Shown here: piece by piece, positions 1-9,213 of the stretch | How positions within the stretch are numbered: the stretch's first letter is position 1 | Layout of the letters: every line of letters begins with the position of its first letter | Virus record (IMG/VR): IMGVR_UViG_3300005731_000013 | Span: 64,001-128,000 of that record | DNA length: 64,000 nucleotides | Strand: one strand, 5' to 3' | Source: a virus | The notes under the pieces: generated by a model | What the model saw: the letters and a program-made list of their open reading frames with translations, nothing else | Told to the model about the DNA's origin: nothing | Database searches by the model: none | Translations under genes and position numbers: made by a program

Positions 1-14
1 CCCATACAAATAAA

Positions 15-1130
15 ATGAATGAAGATGACGTCAAGTGCCGTCGTGCAAAAACAATGATTGAACGATATGGCGTATCAAATTTTCAATATATGCACATAGC
101 ACATGATGATATTGCAGTCTTGACTAACCGCAAATCATTCATTGATTTTTGTAATAATAAAACAATATCAGAAATTAGTAGTTTATTAAATGTTCATCCG
201 AGTACAATATATAATAAAATCATCAATTTTGATTGTAAAGACGATGTTAATATTGTTAAAGATCATAGCTTATTTGAAATACAAATTGCAAATTTTCTAA
301 CTTCTTTAGATGTTAAATTTATTCAAAATACTAGACAAGAAATCAAACCATATGAGCTTGATTTTTATTTGCCTGATTATAATATAGCTATTGAATGCAA
401 TGGCGATTATTGGCATAGTGATATTTTTAAATCAAGAAAATACCACTATAACAAATGGCAAAAATGTGTAGATGCTGGTATTCATCTGTTGTCCTTAGGA
501 GAATCAGACTGGTATATGAATAATGAGCTATTTAAAAATTTAATCAAATCAAAATTGCATCTTGTCAATACATCCGTCGGTGCCCGCAACTGTGTTATTA
601 AACGTGTAAATACAAATGAAGTATCACAATTTGTGAATAAACACCATTTACAAGGTCATGCTATTGGAACTCATACATATGCAGCATATGATAAACAAAA
701 CAATTTGGTTGGTGTAATGATTTTTGGCTGGACACGAGGTTCAAAGCAATCTAGGAGATTTGAACTCAAACGTTGGGTCACTATACCGAACGTTAAGTTT
801 CCAGGGCTATTCAGTAAAATATTCAAATTTGCACAAAATGATATAGGGTTTAAAGAAGTGATTTCATTTTCAGACAATCGTTGGTTCGCTGGTGATGTAT
901 ATCATCTTAATAATTTTGAATGTATAAAAACACACCATCCCAATTATTATTATGTGTTAAATGGAAAATCATATCACAAACAAATGTTCATGAAATCAAA
1001 CATCAAGAAAAATTTCAATTTCTTAGCTGAAAGTATTGATAACGGTATGACTGAATTAGAAGCAACTAGAGAGTTAGGTGCGCTTAAAATATGGGATTGT
1101 GGTAAAATAGAATGGAAATGGAGTTTGTAA
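15..1130 (+). CDS. Hef-like homing endonuclease (PD-(D/E)XK nuclease plus Mom/GNAT-like C-terminal domain), probably 5'-truncated
   Basis: KTMIERYG repeat unit, HTH-like segment, ELDFYLPDYNIAIECNGDYWH nuclease motif, then HLQG...FELKRW...SFSDNRW...WDCGK; frame is open to the left window edge; paralogous to 1574, 16692 and 19372 ORFs. Confidence 0.8.
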   Translation: MNEDDVKCRRAKTMIERYGVSNFQYMHIAHDDIAVLTNRKSFIDFCNNKTISEISSLLNVHPSTIYNKIINFDCKDDVNIVKDHSLFEIQIANFLTSLDVKFIQNTRQEIKPYELDFYLPDYNIAIECNGDYWHSDIFKSRKYHYNKWQKCVDAGIHLLSLGESDWYMNNELFKNLIKSKLHLVNTSVGARNCVIKRVNTNEVSQFVNKHHLQGHAIGTHTYAAYDKQNNLVGVMIFGWTRGSKQSRRFELKRWVTIPNVKFPGLFSKIFKFAQNDIGFKEVISFSDNRWFAGDVYHLNNFECIKTHHPNYYYVLNGKSYHKQMFMKSNIKKNFNFLAESIDNGMTELEATRELGALKIWDCGKIEWKWSL

Positions 1131-1561
1131 TGACGATCAATGCTAGTGGATGTATTCTGTTAAGTGAAGATACAAAACGAATTTTATTGCAATTGCGCTC
1201 ACCAGACCGCAAAGGCAAAAATTATTGGGGTTTCTGGGGAGGAAGCAAAGAACATGATGAATTGCCTATACAAACTATTGAACGGGAATTAAATGAAGAA
1301 CTAGGATTATCTCCAAATATAACTAAGTTCTATCCATTACATAAAATGGTAAGCAATGATGAATCTTTTGAGTACAATACATTTTTAGCAACCGTTCCTC
1401 ATGAATTTACTCCCATTATTAATCATGAAAGTGAAGGATATGCTTGGGTAAATTATGATAGATACCCTGTTCCATTACATCCTGGTGCTAAATTAGTATT
1501 GCAAAATCCAAGAATTATCAGCAAAATAAAAACAATTGTAACTCAAATATCAAACAAATAA
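1130..1561 (+). CDS. Nudix hydrolase
   Basis: Nudix box GGSKEHDELPIQTIERELNEELG; ATG at 1130 overlaps upstream stop (TAATG), preferred over 1112. Confidence 0.9.
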   Translation: MTINASGCILLSEDTKRILLQLRSPDRKGKNYWGFWGGSKEHDELPIQTIERELNEELGLSPNITKFYPLHKMVSNDESFEYNTFLATVPHEFTPIINHESEGYAWVNYDRYPVPLHPGAKLVLQNPRIISKIKTIVTQISNK

Positions 1562-1573
1562 TATTAATGGGTG

Positions 1574-3145
1574 TTATCTTCTTAACACCCATTTTCTCTT
1601 TCCACAATCCCAAAGTTTCAATAACCCGATACTTTTACAAATTTCTTTTTCAGTTAAATTTGAATCATATCCTTTAGCCACTAGTTTTTGTTTTGAGTAA
1701 TTAAATCTATGCATCAATTTTTCTTCTTTTGGATGGATATACCAATAACTCACTGGTATATCTTTTTCTAATTCAAATCCTAAAGCAGAGTACAATGCTC
1801 CATTACTCCATTCATTGTTGCTATAAGAAAACACATCTTCATCAGGATATTCATTCAAAAATTTTGATAACAATTTGCTTGCTCCACCAACTATTCGTTT
1901 CTTACTAGCATATCGAACTAATTCAAATTGATCTGTTTTGTTTCCAATCGCGATCCTTGATTTTGAAAATGTCATTACTGCTTGCATTTCGTCACCATCA
2001 AATAATGCATAACATAATGACGCAGGGGTATATCCTTGAATATGATTATTATTCAAAAAATCTTTTGTGTCTTTTGATTTTACTTTTTTAAATTCTAATT
2101 TTCTTGCATACACTGATTCTGATGACATTTGCAATTTATTTTTAATTGTATTTTTTACCACATCTTTTTTTGTATTCCAAAAATTAGAAAATATAGTGAT
2201 CAGTTGTATTCCTAGTTGTTCAGCTTCATCAAATTTTTGTTTATGATAATTTCGACTAATATGTTGAATGTCTTCGTGATGCCAATATATTCCATTGAAT
2301 TCTATTGCGATGTTATAATCTGGCAAATATATATCTAATTCCTTACGTGATGGCAATATAGATCTACTATTTTGGATAATCCTGTCAACCCCTAGACTTT
2401 TAAGGTAATTTACTATTTCGACTTCATATGAACTTTGAAATGGATTTCGAAGTTTGTGCTTGTTTAGGTAATGATATACCGTCTGAATATGAACATTTAA
2501 TTCTACAGCAATTTCAGGAATAGTTTTTTCCTGAAATAATTTTTTAAGTTCATCTGGATTATATAATGTTTCTAAATCTTTTTCTGGAAAAAATGATTTC
2601 CAGAAATCTTGTGATTTTTGATTCCATGTAGTTTTTATTTGTGCTGCATTGTTGTAATTTGGATCACCATATCGTTTTGTCTTAGTGCTTTTAACTTTAT
2701 CAACAATTTCTTTTACTTTACATTCATCATTATATAACTCTTGATGTTTTTTTCTAGCCGATTCAGTTTGCCCATTATTATAAACACCATATTTTTCAAA
2801 TGTTGTTTGCTTCCGCTTTTTAGTAATTGCTGCTTTTTTTTCGTCATTAAAGTCTTGCTTGGTTTTTGATATAGATTTTGACATTTGATTAGCAACACAT
2901 TTACATTTAGATGGGCGACCGCAATTGCCAAATCCATCAGTTATATTTGTAAACTTTTTTATATTACCAAATTGACATCTATTAGATACTTTATATAATG
3001 AACTATAAATATGCTCAGATAATTTTGCATCTTCTTCTAAAAGTGAATTGGATAATATCCAAGTATGTAATGCTTTATCTTTTTTGGCCATCCTTGTATA
3101 ATGTTTTGGGTATTCTGATATCATTGATATTAACTTGTCACGCAT
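1574..3145 (-). CDS. Hef-like homing endonuclease (Cys cluster, KYG repeats, HTH, PD-(D/E)XK, Mom/GNAT-like domain)
   Basis: ELDIYLPDYNIAIEFNGIYWH; TTFEKYG / TKTKRYG repeats; NHIQG...FELVRYAS...GGASKLL...WDCGK; lies just downstream of the capsid gene. Confidence 0.8.
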   Translation of the reverse strand: MRDKLISMISEYPKHYTRMAKKDKALHTWILSNSLLEEDAKLSEHIYSSLYKVSNRCQFGNIKKFTNITDGFGNCGRPSKCKCVANQMSKSISKTKQDFNDEKKAAITKKRKQTTFEKYGVYNNGQTESARKKHQELYNDECKVKEIVDKVKSTKTKRYGDPNYNNAAQIKTTWNQKSQDFWKSFFPEKDLETLYNPDELKKLFQEKTIPEIAVELNVHIQTVYHYLNKHKLRNPFQSSYEVEIVNYLKSLGVDRIIQNSRSILPSRKELDIYLPDYNIAIEFNGIYWHHEDIQHISRNYHKQKFDEAEQLGIQLITIFSNFWNTKKDVVKNTIKNKLQMSSESVYARKLEFKKVKSKDTKDFLNNNHIQGYTPASLCYALFDGDEMQAVMTFSKSRIAIGNKTDQFELVRYASKKRIVGGASKLLSKFLNEYPDEDVFSYSNNEWSNGALYSALGFELEKDIPVSYWYIHPKEEKLMHRFNYSKQKLVAKGYDSNLTEKEICKSIGLLKLWDCGKRKWVLRR

Positions 3146-3187
3146 TTATTGATCCATATATATTTGAGGCTGTAATGTAACTAAGTT

Positions 3188-3195
3188 TATTTATC
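3188..3195 (-). promoter_or_regulatory. gp55-type late promoter (GATAAATA)
   Basis: TAAATA core just past the head-operon terminator, about 40 nt upstream of the 3145 start. Confidence 0.55.
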
Positions 3196-3197
3196 AT

Positions 3198-3227
3198 AAA
3201 AAAATGACGGCTAAAAAGCCGTCATTT
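3198..3227 (-). terminator. Rho-independent terminator of head operon
   Basis: 11-bp stem aaatgacggct/agccgtcattt, 4-nt loop, followed by a U-run on the minus strand. Confidence 0.9.
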
Positions 3228-3254
3228 AAAAAGTTTATATATGTTGAACTTAAA

Positions 3255-4415
3255 TTAAGTAAAGCTCAAGTTACCGCTATTAACGTCTAGACGGTTCAAG
3301 TAGTCAGCAGCATTACCAAGTGATGATGCTTGGTTGCTTAGTTCTACATAACCATAACGTGTCATAAAGCTGACAACTGGTTCAAATGTATCAGGATCAA
3401 GAACTGTTCCTGAGCTCATTAGCGGAATATATGGGCAATAGAATGCTGCGGCATCTGTTTCGTTTGCGCCTTTGTATCCGATAAGGATGTTATCATCAGT
3501 TGCATATTGGTTAACATAAACACGCATTGTGCCGTTAAGTGTTCCAACAAACTTAGTATTAGTAGGTGCTTCGAAAGGACCTTCTGTTGTACGTGCAAAC
3601 GCAGATGTTGTAGCTGCTTGTAGAACTGTTAGCATAGTTGGTGATACAACCATCCAGTTACCTGCGCCACGACGTGTACGTGCTGCAATATCGTTTGCTG
3701 CTTTGTTGATTAGAACTGCAAGAGCAGCATGTTCATCACCAACAAATGTTGCTGTTCCGCTAACCGCTGCTTGGTCATAAGTAGAAGTTGCTGGACCTGC
3801 AAGTGAACGTAGAGATGCTAGGATCTCTTGGTCAATTTCAGCAGTAATTTCTTGTGCCAACGCAGCCATGATTTCAGCTTCAACGTCTAGACCGTGCATT
3901 GATTGTGCATCTTGTGCAGCTTCAAAAGTCCAACGTGCGCTTAGTTTACGTGATTTTGCTTCAACAGTTTGTTTCAATACTTGGATATTCAACTTACGAC
4001 CCGCTTGACCTTCAAGAACTGAAGTTGCGTCTGCACGAGCAGTAGATGCATTACCTGAGTAACCGTTTGCAATTTGGAATGGGCTAAGTGCCTCATCGCC
4101 AGCTGTTGCACCTGCAAAAGTTTCTGCATAACGAACACGTAGAGTGTGAATTTGACCAACTGGGCCAGTCATTGGCTGAACACCAACCAATTCGTTTGCA
4201 ATAACTGTTGGCATAACACGGCGGATAACTGGTAGGATCACTTTGTTAAGTGTCGCAATGTTACCTGCAGATGTTGCACCTGTAGATGCAGATTCAGTAA
4301 GAGCTGTTTTAGTATTTTCTAAAACTGACTCCATAACCATTTTTTTGTTTCCTGTCAAACCGTCAACAAGTGCGTCCTTGGTTGCTGACCAGTTTTCAAA
4401 TAGAACGTCTGCCAT
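3255..4415 (-). CDS. gp23: Major capsid protein, T4 gp23 family
   Basis: VGVQPMTGPVGQI, VEAKSRKLSARWTFEAAQD, AFYCPYIPL, PVVSFMTRYG motifs; follows gp21 and gp22. Confidence 0.97.
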   Translation of the reverse strand: MADVLFENWSATKDALVDGLTGNKKMVMESVLENTKTALTESASTGATSAGNIATLNKVILPVIRRVMPTVIANELVGVQPMTGPVGQIHTLRVRYAETFAGATAGDEALSPFQIANGYSGNASTARADATSVLEGQAGRKLNIQVLKQTVEAKSRKLSARWTFEAAQDAQSMHGLDVEAEIMAALAQEITAEIDQEILASLRSLAGPATSTYDQAAVSGTATFVGDEHAALAVLINKAANDIAARTRRGAGNWMVVSPTMLTVLQAATTSAFARTTEGPFEAPTNTKFVGTLNGTMRVYVNQYATDDNILIGYKGANETDAAAFYCPYIPLMSSGTVLDPDTFEPVVSFMTRYGYVELSNQASSLGNAADYLNRLDVNSGNLSFT

Positions 4416-4428
4416 TTGTAATTCTCCT

Positions 4429-5559
4429 TTAGCTTAGTCCTGCTAATTTCTTGAGTTCAATAATATCAGCTGAGCCGCCAGTCTCTGTCTGGGCGCTCTT
4501 ATTAACTTTGTCACCGTTAATCATACGTTTGTTGTTATGATTTTCAGTAAGTTTAGTTTTGTTAGTTGCTTGTGTCTTAACATCAGTTGTTTCTGATAGA
4601 ACACTTGGAAGATACTTCTTGTATGCAGCTTTCAACTGAGTAGTTTTAACTGATTCAAGTAGTGTTCCCATTAGTTCTTTCTGTCCTTTGTTTAGAGGAC
4701 CAAGCATTTCGCTCATCATCGCCTTGCGTTCACTTAGGTCCATTTGGACTTTTGCCGAGCGCTTTGCTTCTGTTAGAGCTTTGTCTTTTACATTAATTGC
4801 TTCATTTTGTTCAGCAATGTTTTGTTTAAGACCCATAATTTGTTTAGCAAGTTTTGCTACCTGTGTGCTTTCGCTTAAGGCGCTTGTCATATACTCACTA
4901 GCAAAGGATTCGAAGATTTTGCGGCCGAAATTGTTTTCTTTAGCTGTTTGAATGTCTTCACGTAAAGTAGTTAATTCTTTACGCAATACACTTTCAACCA
5001 TTGTTTCAAGTTGTGCGGCACTCTTCTTAATAAAGTTATGTTTTGCTTCTGCAATAACTTTTTGTCCTTCACGAACCATTTTGACTTTTTGCTCTGCAAG
5101 AGCACGTTTGTCATCATGGAATTCATTTAATTCAGTGGTCAATTGACGTAGAACAAATTCTTCCAATTTTCCAAAGTTAGCCTTTTGTGTTTTGCGATCT
5201 TCGCGCAATTCACTAATTTCTTTCGTAAGCATTTCATTAATGAAACTATCCAACATTGCTGCATGTTCCTTGACCGCTTTTTTATAACGGACACGTTCTT
5301 CTGCAACCTTAGCTTTATCCTGTGCGAACTCTTCTAATTCTGTTTTGATAGCTTCCTTTAGCATTACGTCCATTGCTTCAACAATTTGTGACTTATCATT
5401 TTCATAACGGGTCGCAAATTCTTCACGTAATTCAGCGGTTAACTGTTCACGCTCTTCTGCAATACGAACATTAAATGCTTCAGCAAGATCAGTTTTAATG
5501 TCTTCTGAAAGAACTTTGTTTGTGCGTAGAATATCATTAAATGACTTAGGCATATTCAT
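4429..5559 (-). CDS. gp22: Prohead core scaffold protein, gp22-like
   Basis: Long coiled-coil E/K-rich protein between protease and capsid; start could be 5553. Confidence 0.85.
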   Translation of the reverse strand: MNMPKSFNDILRTNKVLSEDIKTDLAEAFNVRIAEEREQLTAELREEFATRYENDKSQIVEAMDVMLKEAIKTELEEFAQDKAKVAEERVRYKKAVKEHAAMLDSFINEMLTKEISELREDRKTQKANFGKLEEFVLRQLTTELNEFHDDKRALAEQKVKMVREGQKVIAEAKHNFIKKSAAQLETMVESVLRKELTTLREDIQTAKENNFGRKIFESFASEYMTSALSESTQVAKLAKQIMGLKQNIAEQNEAINVKDKALTEAKRSAKVQMDLSERKAMMSEMLGPLNKGQKELMGTLLESVKTTQLKAAYKKYLPSVLSETTDVKTQATNKTKLTENHNNKRMINGDKVNKSAQTETGGSADIIELKKLAGLS

Positions 5560-6191
5560 TTTCTCCCTAGGTCTTGAATAAATCGAATCATCTCTTCTTT
5601 GAGATACTTCTGTGCGGTGGTGTCATGTTGCACATTAGATGCAACGTCCCAAATACTGTTTCCTCTATTATGATTCATTATTTGTTCATAAATTGGATCC
5701 GGATATGCATCCGGAGCACTTGGGTTCGCTACGATATCAACCGTAATAATTTCAAAATCTGCTACATTGCCAGATCCATCAACGTTACCGCTACCACGTG
5801 AACTAACACCTAGTTTTACACCATTTTCCAATAGTGTTTTACATATGTCACCCATCGGTGTAGGTAACATTTTTAGTTTTCCTATACCGTCTTGTCCTTG
5901 CATATCAATGTCAACAATCATATGCGAGACACGGTCTAGGTTAATATTCAAATCATCTGGATGATCTGCTTCACCAAGGACGGTGAACCCACCGGAAATC
6001 TTCTCTTTAAGTGATTTAACAGCACTTGCGATTTCATTTACCGGATAAACTCTTTGGTTTTGGTTTTTCACTCCACCTTGGATGAATATACCACGCATAT
6101 ACAGATCTTTACCACCAGAGTCATTAGTATGACTCTCAGTAGTAATTGATGCTGCATTTGGTGCAATAACTTCTCTTAGTGGTGTAAACAT
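5556..6191 (-). CDS. gp21: Prohead protease, gp21 family
   Basis: GIFIQGGVKNQNQRVYP, LGEADHP, GVSSRGSG, DIVANPSAPDAY. Confidence 0.96.
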   Translation of the reverse strand: MFTPLREVIAPNAASITTESHTNDSGGKDLYMRGIFIQGGVKNQNQRVYPVNEIASAVKSLKEKISGGFTVLGEADHPDDLNINLDRVSHMIVDIDMQGQDGIGKLKMLPTPMGDICKTLLENGVKLGVSSRGSGNVDGSGNVADFEIITVDIVANPSAPDAYPDPIYEQIMNHNRGNSIWDVASNVQHDTTAQKYLKEEMIRFIQDLGRK

Positions 6192-6201
6192 TTATTGTCC
6201 T

Positions 6202-7020
6202 TTAGCTTCCAAGATTCGATTTTGATTTTTCACTTGTGTTGCTTGGTTTAGCAACAGTCTTATCAAATTTACCGCCTTGGTCTTGTGGGCCAGTTACATT
6301 CATCTTTTTAGCTGAATTACCTTTACCACCTTTTTCATCTGAACCGCCTGCAAAATTAACTGCTTTTGCATGTCCGTTGCTTAGATCTGGTTGGTTTTGT
6401 TTGACAGGAGATGCTTTACCATCTTCGTCACCTGACATTGTTACGTTGCCATGCTTCTTAAGAACTGCGCTTTCACCCAAGTCTTCATCATCCATGTCTT
6501 CATCAGTGTCGATTTCCATATCGTCAAATTCATCTGCAACTTCATCGTCCATGCCGTCGTCAGCTGCATCATCACCCATAAGGTCTGCAAATGCTGCTTT
6601 AAGCTCAGCCATTGCATCTTCAACATTGACCATTGCATCTTCAACATTATCATCAGTATCGAATTCATCAGATTCTAAACCGTCATCCATCTCGTCGTCC
6701 ATGTCCATGTCCATCTCGCCTTCGAGATCATCCATAGCATCAACTTCGTCATCTTCACCAAAATATTCTTCAGTATCGATTTCATCTTCAATTGTTTCTA
6801 AATCATCAGCAAAATCATCAGTCTCGTCACTGATGTCAATGCTTTCATCTAGATCATCATCTAACTCTAATTCGTCTTCAACTGAAGCGTCATCTTCTGC
6901 CAAATCTGCATAAATTTCGCGAGCTGATTCAATTAGGTGCTCATGTAACATTTCACTAGCAAGATCACTCTCACCATTAACCATGTACTCAAGCACTTTT
7001 TCAAGTTTTGATTTTGTCAT
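6202..7020 (-). CDS. Highly acidic prohead core/internal protein (gp67/gp68-like position)
   Basis: Asp/Glu-rich low-complexity middle; between portal and protease; GGAG ribosome site upstream. Confidence 0.6.
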   Translation of the reverse strand: MTKSKLEKVLEYMVNGESDLASEMLHEHLIESAREIYADLAEDDASVEDELELDDDLDESIDISDETDDFADDLETIEDEIDTEEYFGEDDEVDAMDDLEGEMDMDMDDEMDDGLESDEFDTDDNVEDAMVNVEDAMAELKAAFADLMGDDAADDGMDDEVADEFDDMEIDTDEDMDDEDLGESAVLKKHGNVTMSGDEDGKASPVKQNQPDLSNGHAKAVNFAGGSDEKGGKGNSAKKMNVTGPQDQGGKFDKTVAKPSNTSEKSKSNLGS

Positions 7021-7074
7021 TTCACACTCCTAATAGTCCTTCGTAGAACATTATGTTTTGTTTTACTTCAATAC

Positions 7075-7082
7075 TATTTACA
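7075..7082 (-). promoter_or_regulatory. Late promoter (TGTAAATA)
   Basis: TAAATA core in the intergenic gap upstream of the core/protease/scaffold/capsid genes. Confidence 0.6.
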
Positions 7083-7166
7083 AAACAAAACACATTACCT
7101 ATAAAAAAGGCACAAAAAAAGCAAAAAAACGCACTTAATTCTTATCACAGTGATGATAAGTAATCG

Positions 7167-7370
7167 TTATTCTTCTGCTTTGCTTCCATAGATATATGCC
7201 ACGTCATCAATACGCTGTTTTTGTTCTAAATCTTCAATACTTCGTGTTTTACGAAGTTTATGCAAATGCCATAATGTAATACGTGGCCTACGTTTATGAT
7301 CAATGTTAACTACAGAATAATCATCATCTGCCTCATCATACATTTCTGTTATAAATTCACGACTTTTCAT
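7167..7370 (-). CDS. Small hypothetical head-module protein
   Basis: 67 aa, starts 2 nt after the portal stop, same strand. Confidence 0.7.
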   Translation of the reverse strand: MKSREFITEMYDEADDDYSVVNIDHKRRPRITLWHLHKLRKTRSIEDLEQKQRIDDVAYIYGSKAEE

Positions 7371-7372
7371 TT

Positions 7373-9079
7373 TTAATCCTTAGTTGTATCTTGTCCGCCA
7401 TCAATCAATGATTCGTCACCCATATCACCGTCAATGTCATCGCCCATGTCATCATCAAACTCAAAATCGTCCAAAGAACCATCCATGCCACCAGTAACAC
7501 CTACGTTTCCAAGATCACTAAATTCACTGCTATCTGTTTCATCTGATGTGTTGCCATCTATAGGGTTCTCTTGTTTCCACAATTTTTCATTTTCAAGAAT
7601 TTCGTCTTCATTCAATTGTAGATATTTTTTAAGAACAAAACGTTTGCTCATATATTCAATATCATCTACCTGTCTAAATACACTTGCTCTTGCACTGTTT
7701 ATTTCAATTTCACGATAATCACTGAAACTTTGTGGTTCTACAAAATCTAATTCAAATTGACTTGAATCGATTTGGTATCCACGATGTTTAACAAACATTT
7801 TAAATTCTTTATCAAACACTGGCTGAACAATGCGTTGTAATCGTCTACAATATTGTGTAAATCTATACTCTTGAATGAATGCAGTCCCGACTCTACCATC
7901 ATTAAACGTAGCAGAACCATCATCAGGACCTGTAGGCAAATAACTTGATGGGACTCTAAGTCCTCGTGCTAATTTGTTATTGAAGAATTTCAAATCATCA
8001 ATATCACCTAAACTTTGACCACCAGGTAATGTATCTACTTTTGATCCTCTACCGTCAGCAGTTTGAGCAAAAAAATAATCTTCCATAATTGATAATGGAT
8101 TATACTGTGCATCCATCATATTTGATGCACCACCAGATCTACTTGGAATACGACGTTGGTGTATTTCATTTTTGACACGCTCAACATGTGCCATTGCTTG
8201 GTGACTAGGCATATCACCTACATCAACATAGAAAATTCTACGTTCAGGTGCCCGTTGAACTCTATAAATGATAATCGAATCTTCAAGCAATTCTTTTTGT
8301 TTATATGTTTTGAAAATAGCATCTAAGATACTTGTTCCAAATGGCCAAGCTGTATCCATTCCGTCAGTCAATGCAAAATGAATAACGTGACTTGCATCTA
8401 CTAGAAATTCTGATTCAGCACCAATTCCATATCCGCCTTTACCAATATTAGTAGGTGCCGCGCCTTGGCTGGCTGATGTAGTATTTGGTCCTACTACACC
8501 TGTTGCATAATTGCTTGCATTTGCAGGTGTTGTTGCGTTCAATGTTTGAAAATTTGGATCCAAATTTTTAATAATATATTGTGCAATATCTTTACCATTT
8601 GACTCATCAACAACTGCTCGCATAACATCTGTTGGAGATATATAAAATAATTTCCAAGTTTCAGGATCACGAATAAATGGTTGATCACCATATTTAATAG
8701 TGTTGCGGAATGTATTGAATAATCGACGATTCCAATCATTTACACGACACCATTGCTTTAATACTGTCAACAAAACATCACTTTCAGTTTCAGTCGGACT
8801 ATCATGCCAAGTAATTTTGAAAGGTGTTGCAGTTGCTTCATCTTGTTGAGTTGAAAATTCTGCAATGGTATCCAAACATGTGTTAATTTCACTGTCCATA
8901 TCCATTTGATCGTAGGTCATATAACGTTCTAATCTATTTGGATGCCCTACATATACTTCAGGTAACCAAGACTGATATCTAGATAAATTACTTTTACCAT
9001 TATCAGAACCACGGGTCTTGCCATTGCCTAATGGACTTTGTGTTCCACTATATGTTTGAAAATGCTTCTGCCAGCTCAT
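7373..9079 (-). CDS. gp20: Portal vertex protein, gp20 family
   Basis: LLEDSIIIYRVQRAPERRIFYVDVGDMP, SIMEDYFF, GRGSKVDTLPGG, LRVPSSYL. Confidence 0.97.
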   Translation of the reverse strand: MSWQKHFQTYSGTQSPLGNGKTRGSDNGKSNLSRYQSWLPEVYVGHPNRLERYMTYDQMDMDSEINTCLDTIAEFSTQQDEATATPFKITWHDSPTETESDVLLTVLKQWCRVNDWNRRLFNTFRNTIKYGDQPFIRDPETWKLFYISPTDVMRAVVDESNGKDIAQYIIKNLDPNFQTLNATTPANASNYATGVVGPNTTSASQGAAPTNIGKGGYGIGAESEFLVDASHVIHFALTDGMDTAWPFGTSILDAIFKTYKQKELLEDSIIIYRVQRAPERRIFYVDVGDMPSHQAMAHVERVKNEIHQRRIPSRSGGASNMMDAQYNPLSIMEDYFFAQTADGRGSKVDTLPGGQSLGDIDDLKFFNNKLARGLRVPSSYLPTGPDDGSATFNDGRVGTAFIQEYRFTQYCRRLQRIVQPVFDKEFKMFVKHRGYQIDSSQFELDFVEPQSFSDYREIEINSARASVFRQVDDIEYMSKRFVLKKYLQLNEDEILENEKLWKQENPIDGNTSDETDSSEFSDLGNVGVTGGMDGSLDDFEFDDDMGDDIDGDMGDESLIDGGQDTTKD

Positions 9080-9098
9080 AAAATATTGTCCTTTTCAC

Positions 9099-9106
9099 TA
9101 TTTATT
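9099..9106 (-). promoter_or_regulatory. Late promoter (AATAAATA)
   Basis: TAAATA core about 20 nt upstream of portal start, followed by AAGGA. Confidence 0.6.
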
Positions 9107-9213
9107 GGATTGTCACCAACAACATAAAATCTAATAATATTGAAATAAAAGTTGTGATTGTATTCATGATCAATCCATATGGACATATTATTAATATCCG
9201 ATATATAAGGTAT

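Noticed and set aside
6236-6913. 225-aa Ser-rich plus-strand ORF
   Set aside because: Antisense shadow of the Asp/Glu codons of the acidic core gene
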